From IMG/VR virus record IMGVR_UViG_3300006052_000001: 50,120 nt of DNA; one strand, 5' to 3'. Made by a program: the position numbers and the translations under genes. A model generated the notes under the pieces. That model was not told where the DNA came from, ran no database searches, and was given only the letters and a program-made list of their open reading frames with translations. Below, piece after piece: positions 42,798 to 50,098 of the stretch. The stretch is from a virus. Lineage: Duplodnaviria; Heunggongvirae; Uroviricota; Caudoviricetes. Position 1 is the first letter of the stretch; every line of letters starts with the position of its first letter.

Positions 42798-42838
42798 GTC
42801 AAGCCCTTCTAGAAAATAAACTTCTAGAAGGGCTTGAC
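42798..42838. terminator. 17-bp perfect inverted repeat (terminator/operator) overlapping the next -35
   Basis: GTCAAGCCCTTCTAGAA / TTCTAGAAGGGCTTGAC, 7-nt loop. Confidence 0.7.
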
Positions 42839-42862
42839 GTATTTATGCCTGTGTGGTAGGCT
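42834..42862 (+). promoter_or_regulatory. Promoter TTGACG-N17-TAGGCT
   Basis: 17-nt spacer, TGG before -10, AGGAGG RBS downstream. Confidence 0.7.
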
Positions 42863-42922
42863 CCTACCAGGAGCGCAAAGAGCGTCCGAGACACTTCAAA
42901 TCAGTCAATAGGAGGAAAAGCC

Positions 42923-43483
42923 ATGACTACTACTCATCTGTTTGATGCTGCGTGGAGTTTGTTTTTCGGCGTGATTATCTTCAGCTATTTCTGGTTTGTT
43001 GCTGGCTCGGACAAGTACCATGCCAAGCGTCGTCACGGTAAGAGTCGTTTCGGCATCAATTTTGATTTCATTCATTTTCTCAATCCTATCTGGAATCGCA
43101 TTACTAGTGTTTTCGCCCGTCATACTGAGCCAGATTTCGATGAGGATTACGACGATGAGAACGACACTCTTTACCGCGATTTCGTTCCGTGGCCGCGTCC
43201 TAACCGTGTTGCTGACACTATTGTCGATGGTGGAATTCCGCCTGTCAGGAACTTCATTAACCACAAGGTAAATCTTGACCCTGAGCCTGTTACGAGGATT
43301 GATAGTGTTAAGGAATTCGGCTGGGAGGATGAGATGCGTATGCGTAGCACTACTCCCCGCATTTATGATCCTAATTGGGCGGTGACTATGGAGAGGGAAA
43401 TTACTTCCTGGGCGGATAGCCTTATGGCACGATTCATGGATCCAGATGATGACATGAGTGATCTTAGGTACAGCTATGCCTGA
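42923..43483 (+). CDS. Membrane-anchored hypothetical protein
   Basis: AGGAGG RBS; N-terminal TM helix; avoids A-ending codons. Confidence 0.75.
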   Translation: MTTTHLFDAAWSLFFGVIIFSYFWFVAGSDKYHAKRRHGKSRFGINFDFIHFLNPIWNRITSVFARHTEPDFDEDYDDENDTLYRDFVPWPRPNRVADTIVDGGIPPVRNFINHKVNLDPEPVTRIDSVKEFGWEDEMRMRSTTPRIYDPNWAVTMEREITSWADSLMARFMDPDDDMSDLRYSYA

Positions 43484-43643
43484 CGAATGCAAGAAAACTA
43501 GCTATTACTCCAAGATATCCGCAAAGCTAGCTCTTGCCAGAGTACAGGCTAAAGACGACCCAAAGCGGGAGAAAACAGAGGTTCGCCTCTATTGGTGCCC
43601 GCAGCACAAGGCATTTCATCTAACTAGCAGGAAAAGGAGGTAA
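43476..43643 (+). CDS. Small basic zinc-binding phage protein
   Basis: CKK..Y...A..AL...R.YWCPQH..FHLTS. Confidence 0.65.
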   Translation: MPDECKKTSYYSKISAKLALARVQAKDDPKREKTEVRLYWCPQHKAFHLTSRKRR

Positions 43644-43648
43644 TTTTA

Positions 43649-43747
43649 TTGATAATGACAATTATCGCTTCAATAGCGACATTCGCAGTATTTCTGGGTA
43701 TCTACATAGCAAACAGGCGTGGTGATGATAATGATGGTCTTGACTAA
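43649..43747 (+). CDS. Tiny membrane peptide (32 aa), not in ORF track
   Basis: AGGAGG RBS then TTG/ATG; one TM helix. Confidence 0.5.
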   Translation: MIMTIIASIATFAVFLGIYIANRRGDDNDGLD

Positions 43748-44036
43748 GCTTAACCTTAAATACCTTTCGGCCGGGGCAATTGTAGCTATGATCGTGTTCT
43801 GGTTTAGTCACATTCAGCTAGTGACTGTTGCCATTTACAACCGTCTTTGCTCCAACAAGTTTGTTTCCATGTCATACCCGGTAAAATGCGCCGAAAGTGC
43901 TACAACGCACACAGTTTACACATTCGTAATTTTGCTGGCAATCTTCTATATGGGGTTCTTTATTACTGCTGTATTTATAAAAGCAGCAGAAGCCGAAAAT
44001 CAGGAGAAAACTAGCAATCAGGAGGTAACACAATGA
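43719..44036 (+). CDS. Membrane protein (two TM)
   Basis: Two hydrophobic segments; start uncertain. Confidence 0.55.
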   Translation: MVMIMMVLTKLNLKYLSAGAIVAMIVFWFSHIQLVTVAIYNRLCSNKFVSMSYPVKCAESATTHTVYTFVILLAIFYMGFFITAVFIKAAEAENQEKTSNQEVTQ

Positions 44037-44470
44037 CAGCGGCATACATCAAGATTGCGGTTGAAGTGGACTTTACGGTTAAAGGACTAGTTACCGTAAA
44101 GTTTGAAGATAACACGACACATACGTTCAAGATCAACGATTACAGGCAGGCAATTGTAAACCCTGATTTCCCAGGACATTTCGCTACAACAGAGACAACT
44201 AGGTTCCTTACCGATCCAAATATGCTGAGTCTATCTGATCTATCCAAGCTTGATGATGCTGGCATTAATGAGGAAAATTCGGACACTGAATATGTTGAGC
44301 TACCTTTGCCCGAAATTGACTCTGAGGAAGTTACGTCCGTTTCATACGACTATCGGCCTACTGTAGTGTTTGTGGCTGGTATCGTTGCGTTTGCCTACAT
44401 GTTCTCTATTAGTCCGGTTTACACGATTTGCCTTGCTGTCCTCCTGGTGCTGTATCGCTTGCTTGTCTAG
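44033..44470 (+). CDS. Protein with C-terminal membrane segments
   Basis: AGGAGG RBS; hydrophobic C-terminus. Confidence 0.7.
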   Translation: MTAAYIKIAVEVDFTVKGLVTVKFEDNTTHTFKINDYRQAIVNPDFPGHFATTETTRFLTDPNMLSLSDLSKLDDAGINEENSDTEYVELPLPEIDSEEVTSVSYDYRPTVVFVAGIVAFAYMFSISPVYTICLAVLLVLYRLLV

Positions 44471-44543
44471 GCTCTTATATAGAGACGTGTTTGTGCAGGT
44501 CAGCGGCTTGCTAAAAAATCTTGAAAAATTTTCCCCTCACGAC

Positions 44544-44572
44544 TTGACAACCGTAGGGCGAGGGTATAGGTT
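44544..44572 (+). promoter_or_regulatory. Promoter TTGACA-N17-TAGGTT
   Basis: Exact -35, 17-nt spacer, upstream A/T tracts (AAAAAATCTTGAAAAATTTT). Confidence 0.75.
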
Positions 44573-44622
44573 ATGACTATCAGCAAGCGAGCCGCTGGGG
44601 CTCACGAAACAGGAGGTACAAA

Positions 44623-45099
44623 ATGGCTTCTTCTCAGGGTAACGGTGGCCGTAGCACTGTTGGCGAGACGATTCAGCTTCCGGCCGGTTTTCAGGCCGTT
44701 GGTAGTCGTAATCAGTCCAAGCGTGGCAAGCAGGCGACCGATGTTCCCGGTCTGCGTGAGGGTCTTATTCTGACTCTCATTGTGCCAATGTCAACGTTCA
44801 CGCTTCCGCCCTACACTAAGGGTCAGGATGTGACAATGACTAACAAGGTTAACGCTTGGTGCAAGGATGCCGGTGTTAAGCCCGGTCGTACCGCAATGAC
44901 CAAGGTTGGCACGAATGACAAGGGTGAGGATCTTTTCACCCGCGAGGTTTGGGCTGAGATTCCCGACGATGCCTCTCTGACTGATGAGACAAACGCTCGG
45001 ATTGCTGCCAAGCGTCAGGAGCTAGTCACTGCCGGTCTTATTCCGGCTGAGGCTCCCGCTGACGCTGAGGCTCCCGCTGACGCTGAGGTTAGCGCCTAG
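44623..45099 (+). CDS. Hypothetical protein, probably highly expressed
   Basis: AGGAGG RBS; strong promoter; own terminator; strong bias against A-ending codons. Confidence 0.8.
   Translation: MASSQGNGGRSTVGETIQLPAGFQAVGSRNQSKRGKQATDVPGLREGLILTLIVPMSTFTLPPYTKGQDVTMTNKVNAWCKDAGVKPGRTAMTKVGTNDKGEDLFTREVWAEIPDDASLTDETNARIAAKRQELVTAGLIPAEAPADAEAPADAEVSA
45046..45088 (+). repeat. 18-bp coding tandem repeat (AEAPAD x2)
   Basis: GCTGAGGCTCCCGCTGAC twice plus partial third copy. Confidence 0.9.
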
Positions 45100-45113
45100 T
45101 ACTGAAAGTCGGT

Positions 45114-45155
45114 CAAATGCCCTGACTATAGCGAAATCTATAGTCAGGGCATTTG
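45114..45155 (+). terminator. 18-bp perfect hairpin, putative terminator
   Basis: CAAATGCCCTGACTATAG-CGAAAT-CTATAGTCAGGGCATTTG then GTCGTTT, 15 nt after stop. Confidence 0.75.
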
Positions 45156-45195
45156 TCGTTTAAAAAGTCAAAAATACTCTCAATTAGGAGCAAAT

Positions 45196-45534
45196 ATGTA
45201 CCAGATTGAGGAAGACTACGCAAAGATGACGGTTATCAAGATGTCATACGTTAGAGTAAGAATCGTTCTGCTTGCGGACAATATAGACGATCCTTACGCA
45301 AATATGGAACTAGTGTTTCTAGCTGACCTTTGCACTAATGTTGAGCTAAAAGACGCTGATCTGGTCAGAGAAGACCAAATCGCAACTTACGTTCGCGCAT
45401 TGTGTGAATACAACTATCCAAACATAAATTTCAATCTTTGGCCTTTTAGCACTATTGACTGGTACAGTGCATCATTTATGATTAGTACGGGCAAGGTAAC
45501 AATTAATACAATAGACTTCTATGTTTTCCGCTAA
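45196..45534 (+). CDS. Hypothetical protein
   Basis: TAGGAG RBS. Confidence 0.65.
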   Translation: MYQIEEDYAKMTVIKMSYVRVRIVLLADNIDDPYANMELVFLADLCTNVELKDADLVREDQIATYVRALCEYNYPNINFNLWPFSTIDWYSASFMISTGKVTINTIDFYVFR

Positions 45535-45607
45535 AGAGGTCAGAACTGGACATAGTTCTAGCACTTGATCTACTGCTAGACCAGATTGCCAGGTCAAAGC
45601 TAGACAT

Positions 45608-45716
45608 GCTCTGTACGGCTCTGTACGCCACGCTGAGCCACGCTCACACGTTCTAGGTATCTCAGCTAGGGTCGATAAACGATCTTGTTAGGATCGCTCT
45701 CAGAGCCGTACAGAGC
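45608..45716 (+). repeat. Dispersed repeat family, copy C, flanked by a 16-bp perfect inverted repeat
   Basis: GCTCTGTACGGCTCTG 45608-45623 / CAGAGCCGTACAGAGC 45701-45716 enclosing GAGCCACGCTCAC and TCTAGG-N9-TAGGGTC-N5-ACGATCTTGTTAG. Confidence 0.8.
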
Positions 45717-45719
45717 TAG

Positions 45720-45748
45720 TTGACATCACGCGGACAGTCAACTAGACT
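45720..45748 (+). promoter_or_regulatory. Promoter TTGACA-N17-TAGACT embedded in a 9-bp inverted repeat
   Basis: CTAGTTGAC 45716-45724 / GTCAACTAG 45737-45745. Confidence 0.7.
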
Positions 45749-45768
45749 CGCGTGCGAGGTAAGAAGTC

Positions 45769-46032
45769 GTGAGAACAACCTCACGCAAAACGGACAAGGA
45801 TACGGAAATGGCTCACGCTCAGAACAAGCGGGCATCAAGGGCAATGGGTAAGAACCGGGCAAAGGTTAACCCAGTAGACAGGAAGCACAAGCTGGTCACA
45901 TCGGGCAAGCTTCCCAAGCCGTCAGGTTCCCGTCGTAGTGACGTAATTCGGGCAGTTTCGGACAGTCTTCGTGAAGAGGTCGAGTTGGGCCTTATGGACC
46001 TAGATGAGTGGGAGCTAGTCGATGTCTGCTAA
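45769..46032 (+). CDS. Small basic protein
   Basis: GAGG RBS, GTG start; Arg/Lys-rich with acidic tail. Confidence 0.6.
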   Translation: MRTTSRKTDKDTEMAHAQNKRASRAMGKNRAKVNPVDRKHKLVTSGKLPKPSGSRRSDVIRAVSDSLREEVELGLMDLDEWELVDVC

Positions 46033-46303
46033 TGGGTTCGGTACACACGAAACACTAGTAACTGTAACTTGGCTGGACAATACCGAGTCAGACCTAGATG
46101 AAGTTCAGCAAATGGCCGCAAATGCCTCATCATCGTATGATCTGGCAAAGCAGCTTAAAGAGTACGTTTTCAACATGATCGTTTTCAACATCATGCGGGA
46201 AACAAATGGACTTGAGGCCGAACTACTCAAATCCGCCTTGGATGATGTCAATTGGAACGAAATAGCTGATTACTACTACAACGATTACCATGAGGATGAC
46301 TAG
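46022..46303 (+). CDS. Hypothetical acidic protein
   Basis: Ends VNWNEIADYY motif; overlap coupling. Confidence 0.65.
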   Translation: MSANGFGTHETLVTVTWLDNTESDLDEVQQMAANASSSYDLAKQLKEYVFNMIVFNIMRETNGLEAELLKSALDDVNWNEIADYYYNDYHEDD

Positions 46304-46333
46304 GTAACTTTCACTTAAAGGTCTGATGTAGTG

Positions 46334-46369
46334 CGATTGTACCCATGCTAGTACAGATGGGTACAGTCG
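46334..46369 (+). terminator. Intergenic hairpin
   Basis: CGATTGTACCCAT / ATGGGTACAGTCG with one G.U, 10-nt loop. Confidence 0.5.
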
Positions 46370-46399
46370 GATCATATTAGCCCAAATAAGGAGGATTGT

Positions 46400-46582
46400 A
46401 TGCATAAGGATGTTCACAGAATGTTCACGAAAGTTGCGGACATATCAGAAAGTCTGAGCAGATCGGTTGATCTACTTAATGTGTGGTGTAATCTACTGAC
46501 AAACAGGTCGGACATGCTGGTTGCGGAAATCGCAGCACTAAAGGCGCGAATCGACCTTCTAGAGAAGAAGCTTGGAGAATAA
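46400..46582 (+). CDS. Small coiled-coil protein
   Basis: AAGGAGG RBS; leucine-zipper-like C-terminus. Confidence 0.65.
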   Translation: MHKDVHRMFTKVADISESLSRSVDLLNVWCNLLTNRSDMLVAEIAALKARIDLLEKKLGE

Positions 46583-46931
46583 CTCAATGCACATTCTTGA
46601 CACCAATTCGGGCATTGTTCATGGTATGGCTCGATATGCTATTGGAGAGATGAGTTTCTGCCAGAAGGTTACATTCAGGAATTATGACATTGCAGAAACT
46701 ATTATGCCTATGACGTGCGATGAGTGCATTGTTACGCACGAACTTCTCAATGCGGCAAATACCTCCGAAATTGAGCCGGATGAGGACGATCTGCTAGATG
46801 CTGAGAATTTTGGCGCAAGCTATGATATCTCAGACCTTCTAGATGAAGACAACGATTATGAGCCAGAGTCTAACGGAATAGACGACTTCAACTCATATAA
46901 CCCATATGACAAGGAATACGATGTACCATGA
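46572..46931 (+). CDS. Zinc-binding domain with acidic tail
   Basis: VH...FCQ...TCDEC then Asp/Glu-rich tail; TTG start. Confidence 0.55.
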   Translation: MENNSMHILDTNSGIVHGMARYAIGEMSFCQKVTFRNYDIAETIMPMTCDECIVTHELLNAANTSEIEPDEDDLLDAENFGASYDISDLLDEDNDYEPESNGIDDFNSYNPYDKEYDVP

Positions 46932-47110
46932 AATCTGTCATTAGACAGCTAGATTGCGATGAAGAACAGAAAATCATGGAAGAGGCACTGTTGTATGTGA
47001 CAATAGCAGGAAAGCCGCTTCCGCGAAGAATTCGCAACGCTTTGGCACAAATGATTCTTTCTACTCTAAGTGGTATGGGATATAAGATAGTAGAAGGAAC
47101 TTGTAATTAA
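46928..47110 (+). CDS. Small hypothetical protein
   Basis: ATGA overlap. Confidence 0.6.
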   Translation: MKSVIRQLDCDEEQKIMEEALLYVTIAGKPLPRRIRNALAQMILSTLSGMGYKIVEGTCN

Positions 47111-47112
47111 CG

Positions 47113-47144
47113 GACATAGCCACGTCACATGACGTGGCTATGTC
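47113..47144. promoter_or_regulatory. 15-bp perfect palindrome with 2-nt centre (operator/cruciform/terminator)
   Basis: GACATAGCCACGTCA-CA-TGACGTGGCTATGTC. Confidence 0.6.
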
Positions 47145-47181
47145 TGTTTACGCAGGCCAGAGCCTACGATGCCTCTAGATC

Positions 47182-47273
47182 GCTCTGAGAGCCACGCTCA
47201 CAGAGTTTGATCATGGTCTAGGGGTAATCCCTAGGGTCCGTAAATGATCTTGCTAGAGAGGCTCTGAGAGCCG
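47182..47273 (+). repeat. Dispersed repeat family, copy D, with a 12-bp direct repeat
   Basis: GCTCTGAGAGCC at 47182 and 47261; GAGCCACGCTCAC; TCTAGG-N9-TAGGGTC-N5-ATGATCTTGCTAG. Confidence 0.8.
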
Positions 47274-47283
47274 CTAGGTTTAC

Positions 47284-47313
47284 TTGCCAGTAACTTAGGT
47301 GACGTGGTAAGCT
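47284..47313 (+). promoter_or_regulatory. Putative promoter TTGCCA-N18-TAAGCT
   Basis: Near-consensus, TGG before -10; spacer contains TGACGTGG half-site. Confidence 0.5.
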
Positions 47314-47378
47314 GCCATCTGGCACGCGCATAAAGAGCAGAGCCAAGCACAGCGGGAAAACGGACAGAACGGAGGAAT

Positions 47379-47582
47379 GTGATGGTCTATCTCGTAACGG
47401 TTAAATTGCCGAAGAATCCGGCACACAACCCAAACAGCAAAGTTACCGGCAAATGCCCGGTAAACGGAAACTACTGCTCAGACACTACCGGAGAGCATCA
47501 TACGGTGCTTATCGAATGTAACTCGCTTAACGATTTTCGACGGATATCACGTCACTCGTATCGAGCAGGTTTAATCCGGTAA
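47379..47582 (+). CDS. Small hypothetical protein, possibly metal-binding
   Basis: GGAGG RBS; CP...CSD..GEHH. Confidence 0.6.
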   Translation: MMVYLVTVKLPKNPAHNPNSKVTGKCPVNGNYCSDTTGEHHTVLIECNSLNDFRRISRHSYRAGLIR

Positions 47583-47602
47583 GAAACGGACAAGGAGGAC
47601 AA

Positions 47603-50044
47603 GTGTACGAGGAACTGCACAATGCGGTCAATCAGATCGCAATGCGGTGTGATGGGGCACATACACAAGATGGTGTAGGTTTCAACGGACAAGACACCAA
47701 ATTCGGTAAAAGAGCCGCAGAAACGCCGGTAACGGAATGGACACCGGAAATCGCCTCAGAAGTACATCATATGCTGCGAACCTACAAAAACCAGCTTGCA
47801 GGTTACGGCGTGGATTATGACAGCCTTAAGCTACCTGAAGGTTGTGAATCGGGTGGAAATAAGGCAGGCCGGGAGCAAGCGTGGAAATTGGAGTATGCAC
47901 GTAAGAATGCTCCATATGTAAAAATTGAGTCAGGCACCATCATGGTACTCAATTCTTACCCAATTAAGGACACACTGAAAGCAAACGGATTTAGGTTCGA
48001 TCCGCGACATGTAGGTAGTAAAGCGTGGGAAGCGCCACTAGACGGAATTTCGGCGCCAACTGTGCTTGGAATGCCTGAAATCCTGCTAACAGATGAGCAG
48101 CAGGCACAATTGGCAGCAGTTGAGCCAGTTGAGAAGAAAGAGACAGATAACGTAACAACTAGGATTAACTTCGATATCTGTTCTATTCATCCCGAACACC
48201 TGCAACTAGATGCAGATTTCGGCATTCCGCCACTAGCCATCGTAAGAGCACTACCTGGCAGGAAATGGGATGGAAGACGCAATGTTAACTGCCTTTCACC
48301 GCATATCAAGCTAATTGAGGTCGCCAAGGAATATAACCTCACAATTTCGGACAATGCACTCGCATTGATCGAAACACGACGAGAAGAGTACGAAGTAGAG
48401 CAAGAGGCTAAGAAAGCCAAGCTTGCCGACTCATATGCTACCGAAACGGAAATTGAGGTAGCACTCGCTGATTATATGCGTAATTATCAGCGAGCCGGTG
48501 CAGCCTACATGATTTCGCATGGTAACGCTATGAATGCGGATGAAATGGGACTAGGTAAGACATGCCAGACAGCATCGGCATTGGAGACAGATCAGTCATA
48601 CCCGGCAATGATCGTATGCCCGGCGTCTCTGGTAGGAAACTGGATTAAGGAACTTAACGCTCTGTTGCCGCATCGTGTGGCAATTGCGCCGATAGGACGC
48701 AATACCAGCACAAGAATTATGAAAGCGGACATATACGTCGTTAGCTATGATGTAGCTGGCACATACGCTGAAGTCATGCCAATGCTGAAGGCTCTGGTAT
48801 TTGATGAGTCACAATACCTCAAAAACGAGGATGCTCAGCGAACTAGGGCATGTATCAACATGACGGGCAATGGTTACAAGATAACCAAGGACGAAAAAAC
48901 GGGCAGAAAGGTCAGGACGCCTGTTCCTGGTATTGTTGAGGAAAACGGCCACATTTACATGCTAACTGGCACTCCGGTACTAAACCGGCCAAGAGAGCTA
49001 GTTATGCCGCTAGTTGGACTAGGATACCTAAGCCCGTTTACTAAGGGTGAAGGGTCTGTTTCCTGGTTCATGTTCCGATACTGCCACGATCACGACAAGT
49101 GCAACGATTACGGGCATGTGTTTAATGCAGCCGTAAATCGGGAAGAGTTGCACGAATGGCTACGTACTACTTGCATGGTGAGAAGAAGCAAGAAAGACGT
49201 GCTAACGGAACTTCCGCCTAAAATCCGCGTACCTCTGTTCATTCAGCTATCACCGGAAGCAATGCGGACATACGTGACAATGGCTGAGGAAGCAGCCGAA
49301 CGCATTGCTAAGGCAAATACCAGGGCAAAGCGGATTATGGAGATTAGTGCTCTCAGAAAGGCTGTAGGGTTCACAAAGCTGGAAGCAGCATGTGAATGGG
49401 TAAATGAGTTTCAGGATACCGGAAAGTCCCTAGTTGTGTTTGGAGTACACAAGGAAGTCCAAAACAGACTTCTACGCTCAGCAGAGGCAAATGGTATCCC
49501 AGCCTCTCATATCATTGCAGGAGATAGCACAACAGTCGTAGAGAGAGAAAAGGCAAAATTCCAGGCAGGCGAGACAAAGGTGATTGTCGTCTCATTTGCT
49601 AAGGGACAGGCTGGACACACTCTTACTGCCGCATCTGATGTCCTATTGGTCGAATCCGGCTGGCATCCTGGCGGAATGGACCAAGCGGAAGATCGGTGCC
49701 ATCGTATCGGACAGACCGATTCGGTAACTGCGTATCAAATGATCGCACAAGACACAATTGATGAGTGGTTGTACGAATTGGTTGGAAGCAAGCGAAACAA
49801 TATCAAGCTGATTACTGAGGGTACTTCAGTCGAAGAGGATGAATCAGACATCTTCGACGCTCTCATCGAAAGGATGCTTTCTACCTATGGTGGTAAGCAT
49901 CACGTAAGTCCTCTCAAGTCGGACATTAAGGATGAGGTAGAGGATAAGGAAGAAAGCGTTACAGAGTGTGAGGGTTGCGGAGAAATCAACCTTTGCACGC
50001 AAAACGGTGAAGGTGAGTGGGTGTGTACAGAGTGCATTATCTAG
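47603..50044 (+). CDS. SMARCAL1/HARP-like SNF2 ATPase with N-terminal extra domains and C-terminal zinc ribbon
   Basis: AAGGAGG RBS, GTG start; ADEMGLGKT, CPASLVGNW, DESQYLKN, LTGTP, MVRRSKKDVL.ELPPK, QAEDRCHRIGQ; N-terminal RCDGA..DG.GFN and two [FW]DP/KWD HARP-like repeats; CEGC...CTEC. Confidence 0.88.
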   Translation: MYEELHNAVNQIAMRCDGAHTQDGVGFNGQDTKFGKRAAETPVTEWTPEIASEVHHMLRTYKNQLAGYGVDYDSLKLPEGCESGGNKAGREQAWKLEYARKNAPYVKIESGTIMVLNSYPIKDTLKANGFRFDPRHVGSKAWEAPLDGISAPTVLGMPEILLTDEQQAQLAAVEPVEKKETDNVTTRINFDICSIHPEHLQLDADFGIPPLAIVRALPGRKWDGRRNVNCLSPHIKLIEVAKEYNLTISDNALALIETRREEYEVEQEAKKAKLADSYATETEIEVALADYMRNYQRAGAAYMISHGNAMNADEMGLGKTCQTASALETDQSYPAMIVCPASLVGNWIKELNALLPHRVAIAPIGRNTSTRIMKADIYVVSYDVAGTYAEVMPMLKALVFDESQYLKNEDAQRTRACINMTGNGYKITKDEKTGRKVRTPVPGIVEENGHIYMLTGTPVLNRPRELVMPLVGLGYLSPFTKGEGSVSWFMFRYCHDHDKCNDYGHVFNAAVNREELHEWLRTTCMVRRSKKDVLTELPPKIRVPLFIQLSPEAMRTYVTMAEEAAERIAKANTRAKRIMEISALRKAVGFTKLEAACEWVNEFQDTGKSLVVFGVHKEVQNRLLRSAEANGIPASHIIAGDSTTVVEREKAKFQAGETKVIVVSFAKGQAGHTLTAASDVLLVESGWHPGGMDQAEDRCHRIGQTDSVTAYQMIAQDTIDEWLYELVGSKRNNIKLITEGTSVEEDESDIFDALIERMLSTYGGKHHVSPLKSDIKDEVEDKEESVTECEGCGEINLCTQNGEGEWVCTECII

Positions 50045-50056
50045 CTTAGACCTAGC

Positions 50057-50098
50057 CTGTCTAGTGTATTCCCGGCGAAATGGGAATATGCTAGGCAG
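50057..50098 (+). terminator. 17-bp RNA hairpin with G.U pairs after the helicase gene
   Basis: CTGTCTAGTGTATTCCC-GGCGAAAT-GGGAATATGCTAGGCAG pairs fully only if G.U is allowed, i.e. as + strand RNA. Confidence 0.7.

Noticed and set aside
45046-45088. 18-bp repeat as a diversity-generating or mobile element
   Set aside because: Only two and a half copies, in-frame in a disordered C-terminal tail; no reverse transcriptase or template repeat seen
1806-48420. Minus-strand and alternative-frame ORFs in the track (e.g. 1806..2141, 11481..11756, 26019..26438, 42905..43492, 14330..14656)
   Set aside because: They overlap better-supported + strand genes, lack RBSs and motifs; treated as shadow ORFs
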